Below are positions 49,461 through 58,705 of a stretch of 64,000 nucleotides of DNA, in pieces. Within the stretch, counting starts at the first letter, position 1. Every line of letters starts with the position of its first letter. The position numbers and the translations under genes are program-made. This stretch comes from an uncultured Rhodospirillaceae bacterium. Its GTDB lineage: Bacteria > Pseudomonadota > Alphaproteobacteria > UBA2966. The notes beneath the pieces are model-generated. The model saw nothing but the letters and a program-made list of their open reading frames with translations, had not been told where the DNA came from and did no database searches. Location of the stretch: the NCBI GenBank assembly GCA_964343605.1, contig CAYFKJ010000002.1, positions 629,176 to 693,175 of the forward strand, given 5' to 3'.

Positions 49461-49667
49461 ATGTCGCAAAAAGGCATCGACCGAATTTCAGCCGTTATCG
49501 GCGCTGTCATGCTGATCGTCTTCATGGTCGGTCTGGCTGAGAGCATATCCTCGGGTCTCGCCGGATTCTGGGGCGGCCTGCCGTTCTGGGTCATCACCCT
49601 CGCGTCGCTTTGCCTGGTGATCTACGACGTCTGGGACAATTTCTTCCGCCGCAACAGGGCCAATTGA
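49461..49667 (+). CDS. small membrane protein (2 TM)
   Basis: 68 aa, GGAGGAG RBS 6 nt upstream, two hydrophobic helices. Immediately downstream of the amidase. Confidence 0.4.
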   Translation: MSQKGIDRISAVIGAVMLIVFMVGLAESISSGLAGFWGGLPFWVITLASLCLVIYDVWDNFFRRNRAN

Positions 49668-49670
49668 GTT

Positions 49671-50237
49671 TCAGCCCGGCAGCGGTAGATCGGTATCGGC
49701 CGAATCGTTCAACGCGACGACGCTCATCTCACCATCCTTCAAATCGAGAACGGTGTGCGAACAGTGCGCCGGCGAAAAGCATATCAACCGGTCGTCGCCC
49801 CTGGCCGCCGCAACCGCTACGTTGATCGCCACGTAGTGGCTGACGACGACGGATTCCTCGGCAATCTCGTGCAGGGCTTCCAGCACCCCCCGCCGCCAGG
49901 CCTGAAGTTCCTTCTTTAACTCCGACCAGTTCGAATTCAAGGTTTCCTGCAGCCAGGCGCGGCGCTCATCCGGACTGCCCTGAGGGCCGGGAATTTCGGC
50001 CACCCGCGGTTCCAGCCGGGGTGCGATTTGCCAGCGCTTGGCCAATGCGGACGCCGTTTCCTGCGTGCGTTTCAAGGGGCTCATCAGCATCGGCAGGGGG
50101 CCGAGCGACGAAATCGTCGCGGCCATGTTTTCCGCCTGCTCAAAGCCGAGTTCGCTGAGACCCGGATCGGGCTCGTCCGCCCATTGCGCTGCGGTGTCGC
50201 CGTGACGGATCAGGTGAATACGGACGGTACTACTCAT
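49671..50237 (-). CDS. histidine phosphatase (phosphoglycerate-mutase-like) family protein
   Basis: N-terminal catalytic RHG motif (LIRHGDT) and the SH region. Confidence 0.7.
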   Translation of the reverse strand: MSSTVRIHLIRHGDTAAQWADEPDPGLSELGFEQAENMAATISSLGPLPMLMSPLKRTQETASALAKRWQIAPRLEPRVAEIPGPQGSPDERRAWLQETLNSNWSELKKELQAWRRGVLEALHEIAEESVVVSHYVAINVAVAAARGDDRLICFSPAHCSHTVLDLKDGEMSVVALNDSADTDLPLPG

Positions 50238-50240
50238 GAC

Positions 50241-50564
50241 TTAACTCATTCCCATATAGGTGCCGATTATTCTTTCTATTTCGCCCGCCTCGCGCAAGCG
50301 CCTGACTGCATCGCGCAATCGCGAAATCACATTCTCCGCCAAACCGGAATTCCGGCAGAACAACCCCATGGGAAGGCTTCGCAAAATCAGGGGTTCATCG
50401 ATCAGGTATCTGCTGGGTTCGGAGTTCTGGTAGCGACAACCGTAAGGTTCGATTTCCATGGTGCCGAACCTAACAACCGCACCCGGCTTCGATTCGGCGG
50501 CGATTGCGCCCGCGCGCAGGGCTAAAAGGGTGACCAGGACGAGCGCTAGGTAGCGCAAAACCAT
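50241..50564 (-). CDS. hypothetical secreted protein resembling a collapsed family-3 solute-binding protein
   Basis: Signal peptide plus about 80 residues. Its C-terminus resembles the last helix of SBP_bac_3 proteins. Possibly a remnant. Confidence 0.3.
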   Translation of the reverse strand: MVLRYLALVLVTLLALRAGAIAAESKPGAVVRFGTMEIEPYGCRYQNSEPSRYLIDEPLILRSLPMGLFCRNSGLAENVISRLRDAVRRLREAGEIERIIGTYMGMS

Positions 50565-50733
50565 GGGAAATCCTCTCCGGGGGCATTCGGAAACAATATT
50601 AAGCCGATTGTTTGTGGATCAGTAGGACTTATCCGGCGGAGACGATCGGTCCGGCCCGCAATACGAAGCGACGGGAATACTGGGCCGCCGGAAAACAGCT
50701 AGTCAAGGGCGGCCGCCACAATCTACGAAATAT

Positions 50734-52314
50734 TCAGTAGTTCTTGTCGGGAATCGATGCCTTCTTGTCATTGACGAACGCCTGCAAGGCTTCGTCGACG
50801 GCGGGATCGATTTCCGGTGCTTCGTAGTCTGACAAACGTTGTTTCCAAATGGCGTTTGCCCGCTGTGCGGCGTCCAGGGAACCCTCCGCTTCCCATTGCT
50901 CGAATGAGTTGTTGTCGGCGACGGAAGAACGATAGAACGCCGTTTCAAAATGCGCTTGCGTATGCGTGCAGCCGAGATAGTGGTTGCCCGGCCCGACCTC
51001 GCGCACCGCATCCAGGGCCTGGGCGTCTTCCGAAAGATCGATGCCCTTGGCCAGCACCGCCATCATGCCGCATTGATCTTCGTCCATGATGAATTTCTCA
51101 TAGGACGAAACAAGGCCGCCTTCCAGCCAGCCGGCGCCGTGCAGCATGAAATTGACGCCGCCCATCAATGCCGGCCAGATCGATTGGGCGCTCTCGTAGG
51201 CGGCCTGGGCATCCGGCAGCTTGGCGGCGCAAAGCGACCCGCCGGAGCGGAAGGGCAATCCCAGCCGCCGCGACAACTGCGCCGCCGCCAGCAAAACCTT
51301 GTTGGGTTCCGGCGTCCCGAAGGTCGGTGCGCCGGACTGCATGGAAAGGGCGCTGGAAAACAGGCCGAACACGACCGGGGCGCCCGGGCGGACGAGTTGC
51401 GCAAAGGCCGCACCCGCCATGGCTTCGGCCAGCGCCTGCGCCAGGGTTCCGGCTTCCGATACCGGGCCCATGGCGCCGGACATGATGAACGGCGTCACGA
51501 TGACGGCCTGGTTGGCGCGTGCATAGGCCTTGAGCGCCCCCAGCATCGTGCCGTCGAAGGTCATGGGAGAATTAACGTTGATGAGGCTCATCACCACCGT
51601 GTTGTCGGCGACGAATTGCTCGCCGAACAGGATTTCCGCCATGCGCACGGTATCCTTGGCCCTTTCAGGATGCGTCACCGACCCCATGAAGGGTTTGTCC
51701 GACCAACGCATGTGGGCGTAAACCATGTCGAGGTGGCGTTTGTTGACCGGCTTGTCCACCGGTTCGCACACCGTGCCGCCCGAGTGGTGGATATGTGGCG
51801 ACTGGTAGGCCAGCTTCACGAAATTCTCGAAGTCTTCGAGAGTCGCATAACGGCGGCCCTGCTCGAGGTCGCGGACGAAGGGCGGTCCGTACACGGGCGC
51901 GATGACGGTTGCGTCGCCGCCGATCTGAACGCTGCGTGCGGGATTGCGCGCGTGCTGGGTAAAGACGGCGGGCGCCGTGGCGATGAGTTTGCGGGCAAGA
52001 CCGGCCGGCAGACGTACGCGGGTGCCCTCGATGTCGGCGCCGGCCTGTTGCCACAGCGCCAGGGCTTCTTCATCGTCCCGGAACTCGATGCCGATCTCCG
52101 ACAGGATGGTGTCGGCGTTGGCCTCGATGATCGCCAGGCCTTCTTCCGAGAGGATTTCGCTTAGCGGAATGTTGCGCCGGATATAGGGCGCGCTTTCGAC
52201 CGCGGCGGCGCTTCGGGCGGCGCGGCGGGCGTCTCGTCCGCCCCTTCGTCCACCTTCCCGGCCCGGCCGGGCTTCTGCTGCATCACTCATGGTCGGGTCC
52301 TCCCCGTAGCTCAA
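50734..52314 (-). CDS. MttB-superfamily (non-pyrrolysine) quaternary-amine:corrinoid methyltransferase, glycine-betaine/MtgB-like
   Basis: About 500 aa TIM-barrel trimethylamine-methyltransferase family with no in-frame amber codon, as in the betaine-type members. Arg-rich N-terminal extension. Confidence 0.8.
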   Translation of the reverse strand: MSYGEDPTMSDAAEARPGREGGRRGGRDARRAARSAAAVESAPYIRRNIPLSEILSEEGLAIIEANADTILSEIGIEFRDDEEALALWQQAGADIEGTRVRLPAGLARKLIATAPAVFTQHARNPARSVQIGGDATVIAPVYGPPFVRDLEQGRRYATLEDFENFVKLAYQSPHIHHSGGTVCEPVDKPVNKRHLDMVYAHMRWSDKPFMGSVTHPERAKDTVRMAEILFGEQFVADNTVVMSLINVNSPMTFDGTMLGALKAYARANQAVIVTPFIMSGAMGPVSEAGTLAQALAEAMAGAAFAQLVRPGAPVVFGLFSSALSMQSGAPTFGTPEPNKVLLAAAQLSRRLGLPFRSGGSLCAAKLPDAQAAYESAQSIWPALMGGVNFMLHGAGWLEGGLVSSYEKFIMDEDQCGMMAVLAKGIDLSEDAQALDAVREVGPGNHYLGCTHTQAHFETAFYRSSVADNNSFEQWEAEGSLDAAQRANAIWKQRLSDYEAPEIDPAVDEALQAFVNDKKASIPDKNY

Positions 52315-52484
52315 TCGTTACGAATATGGGGTCGCCCCTGTTTGGTGACTAACTTCCGCCCGACATCAAGTTGTGCAAAGCCGCCCATCCCGATCGAGGG
52401 TTCGGAACCGGCGTTGGATTTCAAAGGGGAGTTGATACAAGGTTTGTGCAATGATCTGCCGATTCCACTTCGAGGGAGACGTGA

Positions 52485-53261
52485 ATGTCTTTTTACGGGC
52501 TGCCGCCGGATGAAATGGCTGAAGCCATGCGCCACATAAACGCGGCGATCGAAATATACGTTCGGAATGATCAATCGGTATTGGCCGTCGACAATATGCT
52601 CGTCGCCCGGCGGACCTTGAGTTTCATGCGCGACAAAAAATTCGCCAAAATTATCGAGAAGTACTGTTACGACGAAAACGGCGCCGAAGTTCCGACGGAT
52701 CTGGTCAAGGTCTGGCGTCTGCACGTGTACGCCTGGTGCGCCCAAAATGCGCTAAAAATTGACGGCGACCTCGTTGAATGCGGCGTCCACATGGGATTGT
52801 ACTCCCTTGTGATGCTGGAATATCTCTCGCCGTTGCCAGAGGAAAAATCGCTTTACCTTTACGATACCTTCGAAGGGCTGGATGACGAGCTCTCGACGGA
52901 ACAAGAGCGGGATCAGGTCGAGGGTGTCTACGATATCGAGGATTGGTTCGAAGCCGTTTCCAACAGCTTTGCCGATTACTCTTGCGCCAAGCTGATCAAG
53001 GGTAGGGTCCCCGATATTCTCCATGAGAGCGCGCCGGAAAAGGTAGCTTTTCTGCATCTCGACATGAATTCGGCGAGTGCGGAAGTCGGCGCCATCGACT
53101 TCTTTCAAGACAGGCTTGCACCCGGTGCGATCATACTCATGGACGATTATGGCCGGACGGATCACGTCGAGCTGCATATTGCCTTGAGGGACTGGTTCGA
53201 GTTCGCCAAGCGGCCCATCGTCGAACTTCCAACCGGCCAGGGTCTCGCCCTCTGGCTTTAG
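52485..53261 (+). CDS. TylF/MycF-type class I SAM-dependent O-methyltransferase; low GC
   Basis: Macrocin-O-methyltransferase family pattern (VECGVHMGLYSL...LDMNSA...DDYG). Local GC is below the surrounding genes. Confidence 0.6.
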   Translation: MSFYGLPPDEMAEAMRHINAAIEIYVRNDQSVLAVDNMLVARRTLSFMRDKKFAKIIEKYCYDENGAEVPTDLVKVWRLHVYAWCAQNALKIDGDLVECGVHMGLYSLVMLEYLSPLPEEKSLYLYDTFEGLDDELSTEQERDQVEGVYDIEDWFEAVSNSFADYSCAKLIKGRVPDILHESAPEKVAFLHLDMNSASAEVGAIDFFQDRLAPGAIILMDDYGRTDHVELHIALRDWFEFAKRPIVELPTGQGLALWL

Positions 53262-53428
53262 GCCTTGGGCTTGCCGGGCCGGCTTGACTTGGGCGATGAC
53301 GGTATCGCGATAATTGGTGGCGGCGGTGTGCTAGTTCAGGCTAAGGCGGGTAAGCAAGATTGGCCGAAAGCGGACCTCGCCGGGTCCGCGGTGCATTGGG
53401 CGACCAAAGTGTCAGTTGGGGAAGAGCA

Positions 53429-55864
53429 ATGAAATCTCAAGCGCGAGTTGTGGTTATCGGCGGCGGCGTCGTCGGCGTCAGTACACTTTATCATCTGGCC
53501 AAGAAGGGCTGGTCCGACGTCGTCCTGTTGGAGCGCACGGAACTTACGGCGGGCTCCACCTGGCACGCGGCCGGATTGCTGCCGCTCTTCAACATGAGCT
53601 ACACGGTTGGCCAGATCCACAAGTACTCCGTCGATCTCTACAAGACGCTGGAGGCGGAAACCGGTCAGGACGTCAGCTTCCATGTCACCGGCAACTTGCG
53701 CCTAGCCACAAACAAGGAGCGCATGGACGAGTATCAGAAGTACTGCGGTACGGCCAACACCATCGGGGTCCCGTTTGAACTGATCACGCCCGCCGAAATC
53801 AAGGAGTTGTGGCCGCTTTGCAACGTGGAAGGCCTGGTTGGCGCGCTATACCACCCCGACGACGGCCACATCGCGCCGGTGGACGTGACGCAAGCCATGG
53901 CAACCGGCGCCCGCAACAACGGCGCCGAGATTTACCGCCAGACCCAGGTCGACGCCATCGAACAGAAACCGAACGGTGAATGGCTGATCAAAACCAACCA
54001 GGGCGACATTACCTGCGAGCACGTGGTTTCCTGCACCGGCAACTACGCCCGCCAAACCCTGGCCATGGTCGGGCTGGATATTCCCGTCATTCCGGTCGAG
54101 CACCAATACATCGTCACCGACGAGGTGCCGGATCTGGTGGAACGCAAGAAACAGGGCTTGCCCGAGATGGCGGTATTGCGCGAATCGGACGCCTCCTATT
54201 ACCTGCGTGAGGAGCGCCAGGGCTACATCCTAGGTCCCTACGAGAAGGGTGCGCCGGCGTGCTTCGTCGACGGCGTGCCGGAGACCTTCGGTCAGGACCT
54301 CTTCCCCGGCGATCTCGAACGCTTGATGCCCCACGTCGAAGCCGCCATCAACCGTGTACCGACCTTCGAGGACGCCGGCATTAAGGACATCGTCAACGGA
54401 CCAATCGCCTATACGCCGGACGGCAGCCCGATGGTCGGACCGGCCTGGGGGCTCAAAAATTTCTGGATGTCGGAAGGTCACAGCTTCGGCGTTACCGCCG
54501 CCGGCGGCGCCGGCTGGCAATTGGCCGAGTGGATCGTCGAGGGGGAACCGGGAATCGACATGATGGACGTCGATCCCCGCCGCTTTGGCCCGTACGCCAA
54601 CAAGGCCTATACCAAGGCCAAGAACGAGGAATGCTACGAGCACGTCTTCATCATCCATTATCCGGACGAGGAACGCCCAGCGGCGCGCCCCGCCAAACAA
54701 AGCCCGTGTCACGAACGCCTCGATGCCGAGGGCGCCGTCTGGGGCCAGCGTTATGGTTGGGAGCGGCCCAATTGGTTCGCCCCCGAAGGCGTCGAGCGCA
54801 AGGACGTCTGGAGTTTCCGTCGCAGCAATTACTTCGAACATGTCGGTAACGAATGCCGTGCCGTGCGCGAGGGCGTGGCGCTGATTGACCTCACCAGTTT
54901 CACCAAGCATCTGGTAACGGGTCCGGGCGCAGCCGACTATCTGGCCGGTCTCGTTTGCCGCAAGCTGCCGATCAAGATCGGCCGTATCAACCTGGCCCAC
55001 GCCCTGACGGCGAAGGGCGGCGTGCGCTCGGAGTTCACCATCATGCGCGAAGGGGAGGAACAGTACTTCCTCGTCAGCTCGGGTGCCGCCGAGCGCTTCG
55101 ACAACGACTACCTGACCAAGCATCTGCCGGATGACGGCAGCGTGCGGCTCGACAACATCACCACGGCCAACGGCTGTTTCGTCGTTGTGGGACCGAAATC
55201 GCGCGAGCTGATGGCGCGGATTTCCGATGCCGATTTCTCCAACGAAGCCTTTCCCTGGCTCACGGGACAGACCATCCAGCTCGGCATGGCCCGCACCAGG
55301 GCACTGCGCGTGAATTTCGTCGGCGAACTAGGCTGGGAACTGCATCATCCGATCGAGTACCAGAACCACATCTACGACACCTTGGTTGCCGCGGCCGAGG
55401 ATCTCGGCGGTCTATCCATGTGCGGCATGCGCGCGATGGACAGCTTGCGTATCGAAAAGTCCTACCGCATGTGGGCCCAGGACCTGACGCGCGACTACAC
55501 GGTGCTGGAAGCCGGCCTCGACCGTTTCGTCCACCTCGACAAGGGCGAATTCATCGGCCGCGAGGCCTTGGTTGCCCAGAAGGAAGCAGGCATTCCCAAT
55601 ACCTTTGTCACGTTGGAGGTCGACGCTGTCGATGCCGACGCCTGGGGATCGGAGCCCTTGTTCGTCGGCGATACCATGATCGGCCGCGCTACCGCCGGCG
55701 CCTATGGCCATTGCGTCGGCAAGAGCCTGGCGCTGGCCTACGTCCAGCCCGACTACGGCGCCGTCGGCACCGAAATGGAGATCAACATCCTCGGCGACCG
55801 CCGCGCCGCCCGCGTCATCGAAGAATCCCCCTGGGATCCGGAGAACGAGAGGTTAAGGGGATAG
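53429..55864 (+). CDS. dimethylglycine dehydrogenase-like (FAD DAO domain + GcvT folate-binding domain)
   Basis: VVVIGGGVVGVSTLYHLA FAD motif, covalent-FAD His region (STWHAAG) and a C-terminal aminomethyltransferase fold. Start moved to MKSQARV. Confidence 0.85.
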   Translation: MKSQARVVVIGGGVVGVSTLYHLAKKGWSDVVLLERTELTAGSTWHAAGLLPLFNMSYTVGQIHKYSVDLYKTLEAETGQDVSFHVTGNLRLATNKERMDEYQKYCGTANTIGVPFELITPAEIKELWPLCNVEGLVGALYHPDDGHIAPVDVTQAMATGARNNGAEIYRQTQVDAIEQKPNGEWLIKTNQGDITCEHVVSCTGNYARQTLAMVGLDIPVIPVEHQYIVTDEVPDLVERKKQGLPEMAVLRESDASYYLREERQGYILGPYEKGAPACFVDGVPETFGQDLFPGDLERLMPHVEAAINRVPTFEDAGIKDIVNGPIAYTPDGSPMVGPAWGLKNFWMSEGHSFGVTAAGGAGWQLAEWIVEGEPGIDMMDVDPRRFGPYANKAYTKAKNEECYEHVFIIHYPDEERPAARPAKQSPCHERLDAEGAVWGQRYGWERPNWFAPEGVERKDVWSFRRSNYFEHVGNECRAVREGVALIDLTSFTKHLVTGPGAADYLAGLVCRKLPIKIGRINLAHALTAKGGVRSEFTIMREGEEQYFLVSSGAAERFDNDYLTKHLPDDGSVRLDNITTANGCFVVVGPKSRELMARISDADFSNEAFPWLTGQTIQLGMARTRALRVNFVGELGWELHHPIEYQNHIYDTLVAAAEDLGGLSMCGMRAMDSLRIEKSYRMWAQDLTRDYTVLEAGLDRFVHLDKGEFIGREALVAQKEAGIPNTFVTLEVDAVDADAWGSEPLFVGDTMIGRATAGAYGHCVGKSLALAYVQPDYGAVGTEMEINILGDRRAARVIEESPWDPENERLRG

Positions 55865-55879
55865 ACATAAGTTTCGTCA

Positions 55880-56036
55880 ACACCGTCACTCCCGCGTAAG
55901 CGGATTGACCGGAGGGCGGCAGCCATAGAAAAACCAATGTCACCCCGGACTTGATCCGGGGTCCAGGTTGTATTTTTTCTAATTCCTGGGAACAAAAAAC
56001 TAAGACCTGGATTCCGGCATGCGCCGGAATGACGAT
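55880..56036. repeat. REP/MITE-like GC-rich hairpin repeat cluster, locus B
   Basis: Degenerate unit gtcactcccgcgTAAGcggattgacc, then caccccggaCTTGATccggggtc, then ggattccggcATGCgccggaatgacg. Lies between convergent genes. Confidence 0.55.
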
Positions 56037-56045
56037 GTTTTTCTG

Positions 56046-57509
56046 TTACCTGAACGCCGGTTCGTCGAAGCTGCGGAGTTTGCGGGAATGAAGGGTGTGT
56101 TCGGCGACGTTCTCGCGCATGGCGTTGAGCGTTTCGACGCCGATCTTCAGATGCTGGCTGACGCGCTCTTGATAAAATGCGTTGGCCATGCCGGGCAGTT
56201 TGATTTCGCCGTGCAGCGGTTTGTCCGAGACGCATAGGAGCGTGCCGTAAGGCACCCGCAGGCGGAAGCCGTTGGCGGCGATGGTGGCGCTTTCCATGTC
56301 GACGGCGATGGCGCGGGATTGGTTGAAGAACTCCGCCAGCTCGTCGTAATGCAGCTCCCAGTCGCGATCGTCGGTGGTGACGACGGTGCCGGTACGCAGG
56401 CGCTGTTTCATCTCCGCGCCCTGGACGCCGGTTATGCGGCCGAAGGCAGCGGTGAGCGCCACCTGGACCTCGGCGATGGGCGGTACCGGCACCCCGGTGG
56501 GCAGATCGTTGTCCAGCACGTGGTCCAGCCGCGAATAGGCGTGCGCCAGGACATAGTCGCCCAGCCGCTGGCTTCGCCGGAGGCCGCCGCAATGGCCGAT
56601 CATCAGCCAGCAGTGCGGCCTGAGCACGGCGATGTGGTCGGTGATGGTTTTGGCATTGGACGGCCCGACGCCGATGTTGACCAGCGTGATGCCCATGTGC
56701 TCGTCGGTCACGAGGTGATAGGCGGGCATCTGGGGCAACTTCTCGACGGGCGTTCCCGCCGAGGCTTCGTCCGTCAGGCGCGGGTTCGTCGTAACCGCGT
56801 TGCCCGGCTCGACGAAGGCACGGAAGGTATCGCCTTCGGCGACTTCCTTGCGGCCGTATTCGACGAACTCGTCGACATAACGCTGGTAGTTTGTGAACAA
56901 AACGAATCGCTGGAAGTGCCTCGGCGAGGTGCCGGTGTAGTGTCTGAGCCGCGAAAGCGAAAGGTCGACGCGTTCGGCGCCGAACAGCGACAGCGGTTTG
57001 ACTTCGTCCGCGGCGGAGCGGCGCGTGCCGTTGGCGATGCTGTCGTCGATCTGGGAAAGGTCCGGCAGGTGGAACATGTCCGCCAGCAGCGGCACCTCGT
57101 CGGCGTTGAGATCGGCGGTCAGGGATTCCATGGCGAATGTGAGGGGGATTTGCCGGTTGGAAATGCCGACCTGAATCGGACCGCCGTGGTTTTCCATCAG
57201 AAGCTGGAGCTGCTCCAGGTAATAGCTGCGGAAGAGCGCCGGCTGGGTGACCGTGGTGCCGTACTCACCGGGTTCGGAAACCGCGCCGTAGGCCAGGCCG
57301 CTCCGCGTTCCCGTCACGACCGACGGCACCTCGATCCCGATGTAGGGGTAGCAGGCGTCGACCTTGGGCAGGTCCTGCTCCCCGGCGACAAAGCGGTCGA
57401 AGTGCTTCTGCAGCAAGCCGCAGCCGTCGGCATAGATTTCGCTTATGCGGGCAACCGCTTCTTCGGGATCGGTATAGGGGCGGAGCTCCCTGATTTCACT
57501 ATCGGGCAC
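56046..57509 (-). CDS. amn: AMP nucleosidase
   Basis: I recall it as near-colinear with E. coli Amn (RLRHYTGT...FVLFTNYQRYVDEF...TLVNIGVGPSNAKTI...GHCGGLR...TGTVVTTDDR.WEL...AVDMESATIAA...YGTLLCVSDKPLHGEIKLPG...HSRKLR.F.EP.FR). I prefer the GTG start at 57509; the track ATG is 57584. Confidence 0.88.
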   Translation of the reverse strand: MPDSEIRELRPYTDPEEAVARISEIYADGCGLLQKHFDRFVAGEQDLPKVDACYPYIGIEVPSVVTGTRSGLAYGAVSEPGEYGTTVTQPALFRSYYLEQLQLLMENHGGPIQVGISNRQIPLTFAMESLTADLNADEVPLLADMFHLPDLSQIDDSIANGTRRSAADEVKPLSLFGAERVDLSLSRLRHYTGTSPRHFQRFVLFTNYQRYVDEFVEYGRKEVAEGDTFRAFVEPGNAVTTNPRLTDEASAGTPVEKLPQMPAYHLVTDEHMGITLVNIGVGPSNAKTITDHIAVLRPHCWLMIGHCGGLRRSQRLGDYVLAHAYSRLDHVLDNDLPTGVPVPPIAEVQVALTAAFGRITGVQGAEMKQRLRTGTVVTTDDRDWELHYDELAEFFNQSRAIAVDMESATIAANGFRLRVPYGTLLCVSDKPLHGEIKLPGMANAFYQERVSQHLKIGVETLNAMRENVAEHTLHSRKLRSFDEPAFR

Positions 57510-57676
57510 GTGTCGCTTTCTCAATTGTCGTCGAAGATGAAGGGCAATGATGCCCGATCGGGGCCGCGAGCACAATTGCGCCAAAACATTTCGTCGCGCA
57601 AAAAAGTTCTGGACCTGTCTACCGCTTCATAGTTGATGGTACGGGCTTTCCAACCCCAAACGATGAAGGAAAGCCA

Positions 57677-58153
57677 ATGTCCGAATTCAAAAGCAGCCGT
57701 ATTGAGGTCTCCCATGTTCAGCACCTGGACGGCACGTTGAGCGAAATATTCCCGTTGCTCTGCCCGACCCGCGAGTACGACTGGATCGAAAGTTGGGCCT
57801 GCGACCTGATCCATTCCAACTCCGGTATCGCGGAGAACAATTGCGTCTTCTCGACGGAGCTGCCCGACGGCGGCCTCGAATATTGGATCGTCAACCGTTT
57901 CGAACCCAACCGGACGATCGAGTTCGTGAAGTTCGCCGCCGGTCTCTACGTCGTGAAGTACGACATTACGCTCTCGCCCCTGCCGGACGGCCGTAGCGTG
58001 GCGGTCTGGAGCCAGATCATCACGGGTCTCTCGGAGGCCGGCAACGAGCTCATCGACAACTTTGACCGGGACGCCTTCCATGCCAAGTTCGAGCGCGTGG
58101 AAAAGGAGTTGAACCACTACCTCACCACGGGCCAAATGCTGGTCGCTGCATAA
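57677..58153 (+). CDS. SRPBCC (START/Bet v1-like) family protein
   Basis: About 158 aa helix-grip-like composition. Weak family assignment. Confidence 0.45.
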   Translation: MSEFKSSRIEVSHVQHLDGTLSEIFPLLCPTREYDWIESWACDLIHSNSGIAENNCVFSTELPDGGLEYWIVNRFEPNRTIEFVKFAAGLYVVKYDITLSPLPDGRSVAVWSQIITGLSEAGNELIDNFDRDAFHAKFERVEKELNHYLTTGQMLVAA

Positions 58154-58162
58154 AGGAACCAC

Positions 58163-58687
58163 ATGACGACCGTTGGAAGGCTGGCCCGGCGATTTGGGCT
58201 CTCACGGAGCACGTTGCTGTACTACGACCGGGAAGGCGTGCTCACGCCCTCCGGCCGTTCGGCCAAGGGCTATCGGGTCTACTCGGATGCCGACGCGGAA
58301 CGGCTTGAGCTGATCTGCCTCTATCGCAAGGCCGGTCTTTCATTGGATGCCATCAAACATGTGCTCAAACCGAGGGGCCGTGATCTCAACGCGGCGCTCA
58401 ACAAGCGGCTTGCCGAATTGAACGAGGAGGCCGATCGACTGCACGAACAACAAGCTCTGGTATTGTCTCTGCTCAAACGGGAGCCGCCGGAAATGCCCGG
58501 CCGGTTGGATCGTGAGGGTTGGTCCGACACGCTGGCGGCTTCTGGCTTCAGTGAAGAGGACATGCACGCCTGGCATATCGGCTTCGAAAAATTGGCGCCG
58601 AAAAAGCACCAGTCGTTTCTGGAGTACCTCGGAATCCCGGAGGACGAGATTAAAGAAATTCGGCGCTGGTCGAAGGATGGCCGCTAG
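58163..58687 (+). CDS. MerR family transcriptional regulator
   Basis: N-terminal MerR HTH (VGRLARRFGLSRSTLLYYDREGVL) and a coiled-coil dimerisation helix. Confidence 0.75.
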   Translation: MTTVGRLARRFGLSRSTLLYYDREGVLTPSGRSAKGYRVYSDADAERLELICLYRKAGLSLDAIKHVLKPRGRDLNAALNKRLAELNEEADRLHEQQALVLSLLKREPPEMPGRLDREGWSDTLAASGFSEEDMHAWHIGFEKLAPKKHQSFLEYLGIPEDEIKEIRRWSKDGR

Positions 58688-58705
58688 TCCGTCGCTGAAA
58701 CCTCT

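Noticed and set aside
50241-50564. Calling 50241..50564 a pseudogene of a family-3 solute-binding protein
   Set aside because: Only the extreme C-terminal similarity is visible and there is an intact signal peptide with no frame disruption. Evidence is insufficient, so it is kept as a low-confidence hypothetical CDS.
57521-58162. 213-aa minus-strand ORF overlapping the SRPBCC gene
   Set aside because: It overlaps a better-supported + strand ORF and the AMP nucleosidase upstream region. No homology recognised.
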